The notes beneath the pieces are model-generated. The model ran no database searches and was not told the origin of the DNA. It saw only the letters and a list, made by a program, of their open reading frames with translations. Positions 23,921-35,759 of a stretch of 64,000 nt of DNA are shown here, in pieces. Source of the stretch: Geosiphon pyriformis uo1 (taxonomy: Eukaryota; Fungi; Glomeromycota); assembly GCA_016748015.1 (NCBI GenBank), contig JAAOMT010000503.1, positions 856,305 through 920,304 of the forward strand, in the 5' to 3' direction. How positions within the stretch are numbered: position 1 is the first letter of the stretch; each line of letters opens with the position of its first letter. The position numbers were made by a program, and so were the translations under genes.

Positions 23921-24243
23921 ACAGATAAAACAAAATAATTATTTGACACAATAATATTGCAACAACTGGAACAATTTGTGGGGAAGAACAATTTGACCAC
24001 ATAGACAAGAGCCATTTATCAGCTATACACCAGATTTTAAGATCGACCAGAAATCTTATTCAATCTAGAAATGGAGTCTATTACCATTAACCAAATAGGA
24101 AAAATAACAAATGCACAATTCAAAAACTTACAGAACAAGATAACACAAGTAATTCTTGAAAAAAAAATTCAAGAAATACTCAAAAACAGAGAATTAGAAT
24201 TAGAAGATCTTGATAGAGCTCAATATTAAAAAGGAGAAAATAA

Positions 24244-25091
24244 TATTACTCATAGAATATAGGAAATATATTAGCATATAAAATTAGCCAATCAGAAGTA
24301 GCCATAGTAAATGTGGAATTCCAGGATTCTTCTTAAAAGAATTGCAAGATTCCAGGAATTTCAGGATTCTTGTACAAGGAATCGCAAAATTCCAGAATTC
24401 CAGAATTCCTCTTAAAGAAATTGCAGGATTCCAGGAATTCCAAAATTTCTGGTGTAAGAAATTGAAGAATTGAGGAATCTCAATTATGTATATATAATGG
24501 TAGTGTTAGAAGTAGAAAAGACAGATCTCTCTGTTTAGATTTAATCTAAACAATTTTCCCCTTCACAAATATTAATAAATAATTATTCAATATCTCAAAA
24601 TTCACTCTCCACTATCAGCACTTTATGTTAATAACAATTGATACTTAACACCACTAGAACAATAGCTCTTGATTATGGCTATTGATGAGATACTAACACA
24701 CAAATTGTCTTGGCTTATTTTTTCTATTTTTTTTTATTTTTTTTTATTTTTTTTGTTATTACTTTGGGTTTACTAATTGATTAAAGATTAAGCACTGAAT
24801 TATTGATGTCAAGGATTGCCTGATAAAAGACCTTTGCAAGTGGGTAATGCATATAAAGAATATAGATTACTTACCAAAAGATTGCCAGCCATCAAGCTAA
24901 AGAAAAAAATTGACAGAATTGCAATTCTGAGAAGCTACAGATAAACAACTATTGAATCTTTGTCCATTATATAAAGAACTCAACCAAAACCTTCAAATAA
25001 CAATACTTTTAGATCAACACCAACATATTAACCAAGCACTAAGTTACAGATTTGTTATTTAATTTAAGACCCCAAATATTCACTTGTAATA
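24244..25091 (+). repeat. 3' LTR of copy B
   Basis: Preceded by PPT AAAAAGGAGAAAATAA; termini TATTACTC and TTGTAATA (both decayed); homologous to the A and D LTRs. Confidence 0.9.
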
Positions 25092-25120
25092 TCATTTATT
25101 AAACTTTAATAAAAAAAAAA

Positions 25121-28009
25121 TATTCTAATAAATATTTGTTCTATTGTTTTAATTAAAACTATTTTAAAAGTTCTTTCCAAAATTTTTTTTAATAAGATTT
25201 TTTTAGTATATAATAAGTTTAATATTTTTTATAATAATAATTTTTTAGTTTTAAAAAGTACATTAACATAATTTTTTATTTTTATAATTAAATTGGTAGT
25301 AAAGAATACTTTGGAAAAAAATCATAAACTTTGGCTGATTTTGCAAAATATGCACAAAGTATATAATTTTGTAAATTAAGAACATTTTAAGTATAATCTA
25401 AATAAAATTAAGATATATGACAAATTTGTCAAATTCTTTGATAGTATTTACAATAATTATATTAACCAAATTATAACTAATTTTGGCTTAATAGCTAAAT
25501 ACTGTGTTCATAATAGACTAAACCAAAGCAAAAAATTTTTATCTCTTTTTTGGTATATCTTTTATAATCTTTTTTTGTATAAAGTTAAAAAACAGAAGAG
25601 TATATATGATTATAAAATTAATTCTAGATTTGTTATTAAAACTGATTAAGTTAAAGTTCAAATTAGTTTAATATTAATTTTTACTGTTAATATCTTTGTT
25701 AATATTACAATTTGAATAAGATATAATCAGACAATAATCTAGCATATTTTGAATATTACAAATGATTTTTTTCGAATTAATAATATTTTAATCAATAATA
25801 ACAAGACAATAGTTATTTTAATCAACCATAAAGTTGCAAATTCTTCTTTGTTAATTAATAATTTGCTGATTTTTATTGCAAAAAAAGAGAAATTTTACAA
25901 ATATTTAGGCATTTTTCTGTTAATAAAAAGATTATTAAAGTCTAATTTAGCAAAAGCTTATTTAAATATTAAATTTTTTATTAGTATTATTATAAAAAAG
26001 ACTATTTTTAATAAGCAGTTTCTATATTTGGTTTTATTAGTATTTTATTTTATTATTAATTATAAAATTTAATTCAACTTTGTTTTTAATAATATATATA
26101 ACAAATAAAATACTATAATTTATAGAAACTTAAAATTAAAATTGTGTTTGTTTTTGGACTTTTTAAGTAATATAATTTATTATTTTTTCTTGTATGGCCT
26201 AAAAACTTTTTAACAAATATAAATTAAAAACAAATTAGCTTTTGTGCTATGTTTTTTTAATATATATAATATCTTAAATTGTTTATTTGAACATAAATTT
26301 CTTAATTTATAAGTTTTAAGCTGGTTTTTTTATTATTTTTTATACTATTTAATTTGTTTTAAAATTAATTCTATTAACAATTTTCTGGCAGATGTAATTT
26401 GTGTTTTTTATGAGTATAATTTATTTTTAATTAATTTATTGTATTTGGTATTTTGTTTTTAAGATAAAATTTTAATATTAGTAGTTTTAAATAGGTTTGA
26501 TTTTTTAAGGTTTTCTGTTTATTTAAATAATTTGGTATTATTTTTATTAAATAGTTGCATAATAAAAAGAACAGTATTTTTGACTAAAAAATTTTTAAAT
26601 GTTAAAAAAACTGGATTTCTGTAGTTTTGTCCCTAGTTAATTTAAATTTGCTGTTAGATTTTTAAATAATTTAATATTCTGTTTTGTTGTTTTGTTTTTT
26701 GCTATTGGTTTTTATTTTTTAAACATTTTTGATTTATATAAGTTTGATCTAATTTGTAATTAATTAATAAATATTAACATTATTTGCTTTTTTATTTATA
26801 TTAATAGTTTTCTAAGTAATTTAAATACTGCTAATATAAAAGTTAATATAACAGTTTTTTTTGAAAATATGAATTTAAATTTAAGTATTAAAGTTTTAGA
26901 GTTGGTTTTATCTATTATAACTAAATTACAAATTATTATACTTGTTTTAGAATATGTGTTTTTTTTCTGTATTATTAATTTGTTTTTTAACAGCTAAGTA
27001 GCTTTGAATATATATTATTCAGAATTGATTTTGGTTTTTTCAGATTTTTATAATTATTGTTGGATTAAATATTAGTATATTATAAATATTATTAAAAATA
27101 AAAATTTAAGTATTAATTAGTATAAAATTAAAAGCCACTTGGATGTTTTAGATAATAAAAAAATTAATGTTTTGGTTAATGCTGTCTTATTCTTGAATAT
27201 AATATTTTTAACTTATTTATAAAAATACTTCATTAAGACTAATAATAAAGTTATTTTTATTTTACAAAAACTTTATATTACAAGTTATCTATAATTGTTT
27301 ATAAGTATTTGTATGATAAATATTACTATAGTGTTTTGTATCTGTTTTGTGAAAATATTAAGTTTTTAAATTACATTTTTTTTTACAAATTGGATAATAA
27401 AGCTTACAAAAGACTGTTAAATATTTATATAATTATTTAAAAAATGTTTTTTGATCTAACTAGATTATTTTTATGTGTTTTATAACTGCTTTTTTTGTGT
27501 TTTTCTAATATTATAATATATTTAGCTTTGTATAAAGAGTTTGTTTTTAAGAACTGGTTTCAGAAATCTTTTTCTATTTTTAAAGATATTAAAATTGCTA
27601 ACTGTAAAGTTGTAAACTTTGTACATAGTTTCAGATTAGTTTATAGAAATAATATTAGATTTATTTATTTTAAGTATTAGATTTTTATAAAAAAAAGTGG
27701 TCTAATTTCATATAATAGAATTATTTTTATAAGTATTGTTAGCTTATTATCTGTTTTGTTTAATAGTATGATTAAATTGCTTAAAATTATTGAAACCTTT
27801 GATATTAGTTTTAATATGTATAAATTGAATTTTTTTTTTGATATTAAAAATATAATTTCTATATATATAAATACATAATATTGTTTTAACTAATCTAAAT
27901 GGCTGATTATGTATAGTTAAATACATAATTTATACCTAGTTTAAATTACTTAATTTAATGTATTATACTAGATAGTATTTGGATCTCATTTATTAAACAT
28001 AAAAAAAAA
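25121..28009 (+). mobile_element. Heavily decayed non-LTR (LINE-like) retrotransposon G: RT, RNase H, 3' UTR and poly(A) remnant
   Basis: Colinear with element F: KLWLILQNMHKVYNFV near 25330, ORF 25749-26072 (RT C-terminal part), KIKSHLDVLDNKK near 27125 (RNase H KIKGHSG). Ends CATTTATTAAACAT + A-run at 27988-28009. Confidence 0.8.
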
Positions 28010-28920
28010 TATATATATTTAAATTTTTTATTAAAAATATTTTTATTTAATAATAATTTATTTAATTTAATTATAAATTTATATTTAATACAAGTTTTTT
28101 ATTAATATTATTAAAGTAATTTTTATTTAATATATATATTTTAATATTATTGATTAATATTTTGTTTTTAAAAAATAATAATTATATTTATTTTTAAAAT
28201 TTTGTAAGTCTAAGTTTTTTGTTATTAGTATTTATTATATTTTTGTTTTTTTATTATAGTTTTTTGTTGTTATTTTTTGTTGTTTTTGCTGTTAAATTTT
28301 TTTTTAAATAAAAAGCTTTTATTAAAATAGTTTAATAATTATCTGTTTTTTAATAATCAAAAAATCACTACAAAAAAGAAGTAATTTGTTTTTTTGTAAA
28401 TAAATGTTTTTTTAGTTTTTGTGTTATAAATAAGAATTTTATAATTGAAAGCAAACAAAATTTTGATTTAAGATCAAAAATATAGTTTTATGTATAAAAA
28501 AAATATATTTAACTATTAAAAATTCAAGTTTAAACTAAATTAATTATTAATATTTACAAAAATAAAAAATTATTTATTTTACCAACAATATATTTTTAAT
28601 TTAAAAATATATTAATTATTATTATTATAAACCAAATTTGGCGTTCTAACTTAAAGGGATCATCAGATCTGAGATTTATTGATATAATCGCACCCGAGAT
28701 GGTTGTTTCGGCCCTAAGCTATTCCAGATAAGTTCTCCCTCACAAAGTTAGTAAGCGAAATTTCAAATTCGACAATGACAAATTTGAATTTCAATAATAA
28801 TAACGATCTTCAGTTGATCGTCTCTAGCATATAACACGCAAAATTACACCTTGGTTGTGCTTAATATTTATACTTGACCCGTTCGCTTTTCTATCATTCT
28901 TGAAGAGGAGAAATATTTTG

Positions 28921-29955
28921 ATGGCACAAGAAGTTTGTCAATCACTTACCAACAGTTTAATAAAGAGTCATACCATTAGCAAACAGACCTTTATAACAAC
29001 AAATGGAAGGGCAAAACCCGTTTTTGACTCAATAGAAAGTGCTCTCAAGGATTTTAGTGAGCAAGTTAATTTCCTGAAGATTTATATTTTAACGGTCCGT
29101 TAATCATGTTCTATCGATTTCTTTTTCAATTTTACAGAGGAGGGAAATTTTGTTTTGGTAGTAGATAATGAAGACCGAGAGAATGAGGGTGACTTAATTA
29201 TTGCGGCCGAAAAAATGACTACTGAAAAAATGGCTTTCATGGTACGATACAGCAGGTAATAATTACATTCTAATCAGAATAAGTTAACTAGGTGCTTTTG
29301 TGTTTCGGCCAAATGCTTAAATTTTTACTCCAATTAGTGGCTTGATTTGCGTCCCCACAACATCATCTCGTCTTGATCAACTTGAACTACCATTAATGGT
29401 TCCAAATAGTACTGATAGATTGAAAACTGCATATACAATTTCAGTGGATTACAAACACAGTATGATTTTTATTTAATAGCAAACATTAAAAAGAGTCCAT
29501 TTTTAATGTGTACCCATTTTTAATAAGATACCACCACAGGCATATCCGCACATGATCGAGCCCTTACCGCAAGATCACTTGCAAACATGAAAATCACAGA
29601 TCCTAATGATTTTACTCGTCCAGGACATATATTTCCTCTAAGATATACTGAAGGTGGTGTTCTCAAACGGATCGGGCATACGGAGGCTTCTGTAGGTTGG
29701 TAAAAATATTATTATCAAACAAATGGACAAATTTAAAATTTACTAAAATAACATATTCCTGATTGAATCACTTGAGATTTATGTAAATTGACAGGTTTGC
29801 AACCGGTAGGAGTTATTTGCGAATTAGTCAGAGATGACGGACATATGGCGCGCCGTGATGACTGCCGTTTGTTCGCTAATGAACATGGTTTAAAGCTAAT
29901 TTCTATTGAAGATTTGGCTCATTATCGAATGAACAATCGGCTATTCGAGATTTAA
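28921..29955 (+). CDS. RIB3: 3,4-dihydroxy-2-butanone-4-phosphate synthase (riboflavin biosynthesis), 5 exons
   Basis: Spliced translation: [16 protein letters not shown] / [20 protein letters not shown] / SGLICVP / [36 protein letters not shown] / [18 protein letters not shown]..; four GT-AG introns; intact frame to TAA 29953-29955. Confidence 0.96.
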
Positions 29956-30130
29956 TAGATCTTCAAAAATCAACACAATTTGCACGGGTCGCCACTAAAA
30001 TTAAAATTTGGCATCTAATATAATTTAATGCATAGACTATAAAAATGATATTTATAATTAAATGTACCTATATTATTGATTTCTTTCAGAACGGAAAGTA
30101 TATTTCTTCGTATAATACAAAAAGATGATT

Positions 30131-31268
30131 CTATGCCGCATTTTTCAGCGGTGCTGCTGGAAGCCCAAATTCGTCCAAATTTTGAGCCTAAGACAAATTG
30201 TTATAATAAATTAATAATGGAACAAATCGATATGAACAAACTCATTTTTCTTTACCTCAGTTTCCAATTCTGATTGTCCGGTACTTGGTAGCTCTGCAAC
30301 GGGCGTCTCTTGTAAATATGAAGGTTCTTGCTCTTCATTGAACAGCATTTCATCGCCTAGAGCATCCAATTCTAAAACGTTTATCATGCATTTAATTAGT
30401 AACTAAGTTATTTAAATTTTGAAACAAGAATTTTTACATCAAACAGTTCCTACCAGCTTCTAACTCGTCCTCGTCAATGTCTTCGGGAAGACTATATGTT
30501 CTTCCGAGTGTCTCCTGTATATCATTTGCTTGCTCCATCAAATCCTCCATATCGTCTTGAATTTTCTATGATATTATTTGGATAAAATAAAGGATTAAAC
30601 AAATAAATTGTGAGAATATCAGAGCCTTTGATGTAGGATTTTACAACATACCTCAATATTATTTATATCAATTTTCTTATATTGCTTTTGCATCTCCTTG
30701 TTTGCCAGTTGCATTGCATCCACAGTAGACATCACATTACGCAAGTTTTCTGTCGTAAAGTTTGCTTGTTCCATGTTGAAAGATTGTTGTTGCAGTTGAT
30801 CTCTTTGACCTTCATATCTGATATTATAACATGACGCAAATTAACAAGGTAATTAGCTTTCAGAAGCTCAGCCAAGGGCAAAAAGAACCTTATGCTTACA
30901 ATTTTTTTTGTTTCAAAACTCTCATAGCTTTAGCTTTAATTGCATTCTAGTTTGCACAGATCATCATATTAAATCTCCACCGGTATCTTGAGAAAAATTG
31001 GTTGCCATGAGACTTATGAGATTACCTTCCCAGGACCATCCCGCAATTTCTTCATTTGATCTTTATATTTTGCCAATTCTGCGTCAAGCTTTTTGATCTT
31101 GACTTCCACCGCGTCAACTCTTAGGTCGGTCTACCGCAAGAGTTTCAGGTAATAAATTTCAGATCACTTCAAACATAGACTTTCACATATTTGCTTACTT
31201 ACTGACGCGATTGCTTGATTTAATGTGGGTTTTGGGATTTTCTTTGAGGTACCAAAGATGCGGTTCAT
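30131..31268 (-). CDS. VPS60: ESCRT-III-associated Snf7-family protein Vps60/CHMP5, multi-exon
   Basis: [16 protein letters not shown].. [25 protein letters not shown] / [16 protein letters not shown] / [20 protein letters not shown].. [17 protein letters not shown].. LDEFGLP; GT-AG introns; stop TAG 30131-30133. Confidence 0.95.
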
Positions 31269-31493
31269 TTTGAAATTTTGAAGTGTTAAAACAGCTAAAG
31301 GGTTTAGATTTCCTTAGTCTCAACCAAAATACAAATAATATGTGCTGACAATTAATTGCCATTATTGGTTAGTGTGTAAAACTAAAAACTCCAGAATCAA
31401 ATTAACAGGTAAAATTAATTCAGGTGGAATTTAACCGCGAACAAATTCTCTTTTCCGCCTTTCTCAAATTCATTTTGACTTTTCCCTCTCTCC
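31269..31493. promoter_or_regulatory. Putative bidirectional promoter between VPS60 and TMA22/DENR
   Basis: Only 225 bp separate the two divergent start codons. Confidence 0.6.
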
Positions 31494-32994
31494 ATGTCAA
31501 CAAGTTCTTTTACACCAGTGCTTTCGACAGCAAAGGAAGTGATATATTGCGGGGGTATTTCTCTCTCCTGATTCAATAGCTGAGGTCTTTAATTCTCAGA
31601 CTAATTCGCAATCCTTATACACAATATATTCGTATATTTTCCTCCTTCGATTCACGTACAAGTCTGCTCCTTACCCCCAGAGGTATTTAACTTTTTTGTT
31701 TAGGTCTACGACTGTTGTTTTCGTAACCAGAAACTAGTTTAAATCCTAAAATTTTGTTTCCTTATTTGGTTCTGCTTAGTATTGCGAGTTTGGGGCAACA
31801 TTCGATAAATGCAAGAAATGGCTTTTTGAAAACTACCCAACATTATATGCAAACTTATATCCACAATGTTAGCTACGGGGTTCTAAGTTTTTCGTTTTGT
31901 TTTTCTTAACAAAATGTATTATTTCCTTGTCATAATTAGCTTTATTTATAAAAATAAACTTTTTTAAAAGCTCTCGAGGAACAATTAGCAAATTCGTCTC
32001 TAGAAGAAGAAAAAACCCAGAATAATGATCCTGACGAAAAAAAAAAAGCCAAAGGTTTGATATGCTTGAATTTCTTGGTCAATTATATCGAATCGAAAAG
32101 CTGGTGATCTACCTAATGATCTTTCCGTCGTTTCCTCAGAGGCTGCAAAGATAGAAAGAGAGCTGAAGAAAAAGAGGGTAGAAGTCTCAAGATTATTACA
32201 AATCTTTTTGTGAAATCCCTTTTCAAGAATTGAGACTGACCTGCCACTCTCTTCAATATTAAAAGGCCTCGAAAATAACTATTACGCGGATCGCTCGCAA
32301 TAAACGAAAGTGCGTGACCAGCGTATACGGACTAGAAAATTTTGGTCCGTAATTATTTTACCTGCGATCTGATTTTACCATTCATTGCTTAGATTTCGAA
32401 TTGGATTAACGGGATTTGTTGTGGTTATCCACCCAAAACTGGGCATATGTTGGTGGATATAAGGCCAGGAAAAACCGATCCTGGTAACACAATTATCAGT
32501 TGAAATGAAAAATTTTTCTTTCCATGCATGATAAGCATTCTCCTAAAATGTCTAAGGATTACTCTCATATGGACGGCCCCAGGCATTACATGCCTTCTCA
32601 TTGACGCGACAAAATTAATCCTGGTTTTCCTTAGTTTTCAACTAGCTATCAGATCCATATAGGAAACGTGACTGTCATTTCTAACTTGACAATTTTTTTC
32701 ATTTGGTATGCAAAGATATTGATCTTAAAAAGGCGGCCAAGTCGTTTGCCTCAAAGTTCGCTTGCGGCTCATCGGTAGTAAAAAATAATCAGGGGAATGA
32801 CGAGATTGTGGTTCAAGGTGATGTATCTGAAGATCTTGTAGATTTTATACTGGAAACCTGGCCAAATGCAAGTACATCTAGTGAAATCAAACCATTCTTT
32901 AAGCGTTCGAGTGTAAGTAACTGGGAACTTGCTTTAATATCAGGTGCCAGAAGATAATCTTGAGCTCACAGAAGATAAGAAGGCAAAAAAATGA
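31494..32994 (+). CDS. TMA22: Density-regulated protein / translation machinery-associated protein 22 (SUI1 domain), 8 exons
   Basis: VIYCG / VCSLPPE / YCEFGATFDKCKKWL zinc motif; RNKRKCVTSVYGLENF / DIDLKKAAKSFASKFACGSSVVKN..EIVVQGDV SUI1 domain; last intron GC-AG; stop TGA 32992-32994. Confidence 0.95.
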
Positions 32995-33169
32995 CGGAAG
33001 GTACAAATGTATCAGGTTTATATAGATTCAAAATTATGAGAATGATAACTATAACCGGGAATCATCACTGAATAAAACGCATGAGACGAAGAATAGCTGA
33101 GCTGAACTAATTACTACACTTAAGACAAAATAATTCAGTAGCGCCTTGGTTTATTATTGCGCTGGTACT

Positions 33170-35589
33170 TCAGAATTCCAAGCTTTGTTGCTGTTTAGCT
33201 ATTTTTGTAAATTTGAAACGCATTTGATTAGCTTCTAATCAGAATGATATTAAGTAATAAATACTCACCTCGTTTTTTGATTTTGACTTCTTTTAATATA
33301 TTTTGGACAAAATTATCAAAATATTTGATGTAAGGATTGAGTGAATGATTTTCGTAATCTAGAGGAAAATGCGTTTAATAATGGGAATTTACAAACGGAA
33401 GCTTAACTCCCACCAATCAATAAAGGCTATCGCTAAAGTCAATATTGATAAACAGCATCGATCCAGTTCACTCACCATTGAGCCTCTTCTCTCTATTGGG
33501 GAGCGGTTTGATGTTGCAATTTATCTCTTCAAAAAGCTGAGCGAGAGTTGGTACGTTAAAAGGACTGAAATTTTCACATTCATCAGCGGAAAAGGGAACA
33601 CATACGCGTCCTATAGAAATCAAAATCGTCAAATATATTAGAGTTACCAAAGGCTATATTACTAAATTGATCGTAGTATTTCTTACCAGTATCGGGATGA
33701 ATACAGAAAGGACTTTTAAGCAAATGGTGGATCGTCATTGTCACGTTACTATCCAATCGCGGATAAATATACTGAAACATGATTTCCCGCTTAAGTCCCT
33801 CTAATGCCTCTTCTCGTGCCTTCTCCTTTTCCTAAAAAGATTTTTTTTGATAAACCAAATCAAGTTCGAGTTGCTTGAAGAAATCATATTATACCTTGCT
33901 CATTTTACCGTCAAAAGAAACAGGCTGTTTCAGCACAGAAATTACATCTTCCCATTTCACTCTGGAAGAACCCGAGGGTGTTTTGGTCCATTTATCTTGC
34001 AGCTCTTTTCTGATTCCTAAGAATTAGGGTCAGAAAATTTATCCTCACTGATGAAGTTCTTAAATAAACTAACCTGGGTCAGTTATGGATTTAAGAAACT
34101 TGCTCCGCCTTTCCTGGGTTCCCAAAATATCCTGATCATCTAAAGCCATCGAGGTAAAATGGGAATCAATGATTTCGTATGAACGCCTATTTATGAGTGA
34201 ACATATTTAGAGCTTTGAAGATAAAAATTCGAAACTCATTTGAAGGTAATTACTGCAATGCTGGATGCAAAGATTTCGGCAAAATCACTTTTTTATCTTG
34301 TTGGGCACCTCCCTGTGAATGGGAAAGATATGTTGAGAATTTTTTTGTTACAAAATTACGTGGATATGATAAAATACCTTTACTACTTCAAGATACGCGA
34401 TGAGGGCCCTTCGACCCTCATTATCCAATTTTAGGGCTCGTTCGTCACATACCCAACAATGAACACCACGTCGTCCAGAGTAAACCCAGAGAATGTGCTT
34501 GAAACCAAAATCATCTGGGCAAATTTACATAAAATTGATTAGCAGAGCAACGATTGAATGTAGCAGTTAATGAATAAATAACTGATCCCAAACCCCGCAA
34601 CGCGACATCAATGATTTTTATGGCGATAGTCATGAATTTCCAACATTTACGACAGATATTGGCGCCACTAAATAAAAATGTTATTTTTTGAAATGCTAAA
34701 GGAAATAAATTTATCTTTAAAGAAAACTATAATGTACCTGCAACAGATTCGAATATCATCATAGTCCGTCATATCTATATCAAAGACCAATTCTTTCATA
34801 ATAGCTTGGAATTGGTTAGCTCTTATGTTTTTCTTGTGTTTCGGCTAATATTATCAGTCCTAATTAATAATCAATTGTATATCGTTTATCAGAAATAACA
34901 TAATCCAAACTTACTTGTGCGGTATATATTGCTCCAATATCAAATTTAGTTGGCAGTTCATTTAAAAGTTCCTTTTTCAATTCTTCCCCATCTTTAAAAG
35001 ATTGGTAACGCACGAAAACTTTATCTAGCGTAAAACTAAATTCTCGATTCAAAAAAGCTTTGGTCGGAACTGCATTGAATGTTAAAATTCATTAAGCAAT
35101 ACTTTAAATAAAATAAAATTTTACGAATAAAAGTTGTTATACCTGTTTCATAGTTAAGCCAATGGTAGTAAGATTTGTATGGGAAAAATTGTTGATAATA
35201 CATCCGGAGTAAATCGGGATACGGAACATCCCTACTAAAATTCGCTTTTTGATGCGTGGAAGGGCTTTTAGGGGATTCGGGCACTTATCAATAATATGGC
35301 TTTAAATTAGAATTTTTTTTTAGAATGAGAACCTTATTCGAGAAAGTATTACTATTTTGAACTAATTTAGCAACGGGTTTCAGGTCTGGGATCAAGTCCT
35401 CTTCCATTTCATCTTGTGGCTCTTGTTCCTCTTCCTTGGATCGCTCTGAAATGCCGTCTATTTCCATTGGGGAAGATGCTGTGAGAGTAGAAATTATTTC
35501 GGTTCAAACTTTATTCAAAAAAGTGCTAACGAATTTAAATCTCCTAAAGTTGAGATAAGTTAAATACTTGTTTTTTGAACTGATTGCAT
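33170..35589 (-). CDS. PRI1: DNA primase small (catalytic) subunit, multi-exon; first exons approximate
   Basis: [88 protein letters not shown] / RVCVP; C-terminus QQSLEF*. Confidence 0.96.
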
Positions 35590-35668
35590 TTTAGGTTTGA
35601 AATATCAATTCAGCGATTTACTTTTCGTTCAAAGTAGCAATTGTATTTTATACTAATTGGCAATTGAT

Positions 35669-35683
35669 GGCGCGAATACGCGT
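35669..35683. promoter_or_regulatory. G1/S promoter elements upstream of PRI1 (GGCGCGAA plus MCB ACGCGT)
   Basis: Exact ACGCGT at 35678-35683 and an adjacent CGCG-core site, 80-95 bp upstream of the predicted primase ATG. Confidence 0.65.
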
Positions 35684-35759
35684 GACATCACTGTGTAACT
35701 TCCAAGTTATATTTTATTATGATTTATATAATATGAATTGTATTTTATTTGTTATTTTT

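Larger units (their letters stand above)
7719..25091 (+). mobile_element. Ty3/Gypsy copy B (family 1), decayed; interrupted by A at its left edge and by C (13579-23920); own sequence 7719-13578 and 23921-25091
   Basis: Protease (LILNSGSANSII), Cys-rich domain, dUTPase, RT, RNase H, integrase and 3' ORF are on +. The 3' ORF breaks at 13578 and resumes at 23921, followed by PPT (24228-24243) and 3' LTR. Confidence 0.93.

Noticed and set aside
28921-29955. RIB3 as a bacterial ribB transfer, or with an FMN riboswitch
   Set aside because: It has four spliceosomal introns and is a normal fungal gene; no RFN motif was seen upstream.
31494-32994. Functional link between the reinitiation factor DENR/Tma22 and the neighbouring multi-ORF retroelements
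   Set aside because: Adjacency is expected by chance in a TE-saturated genome; nothing in the sequence links them.
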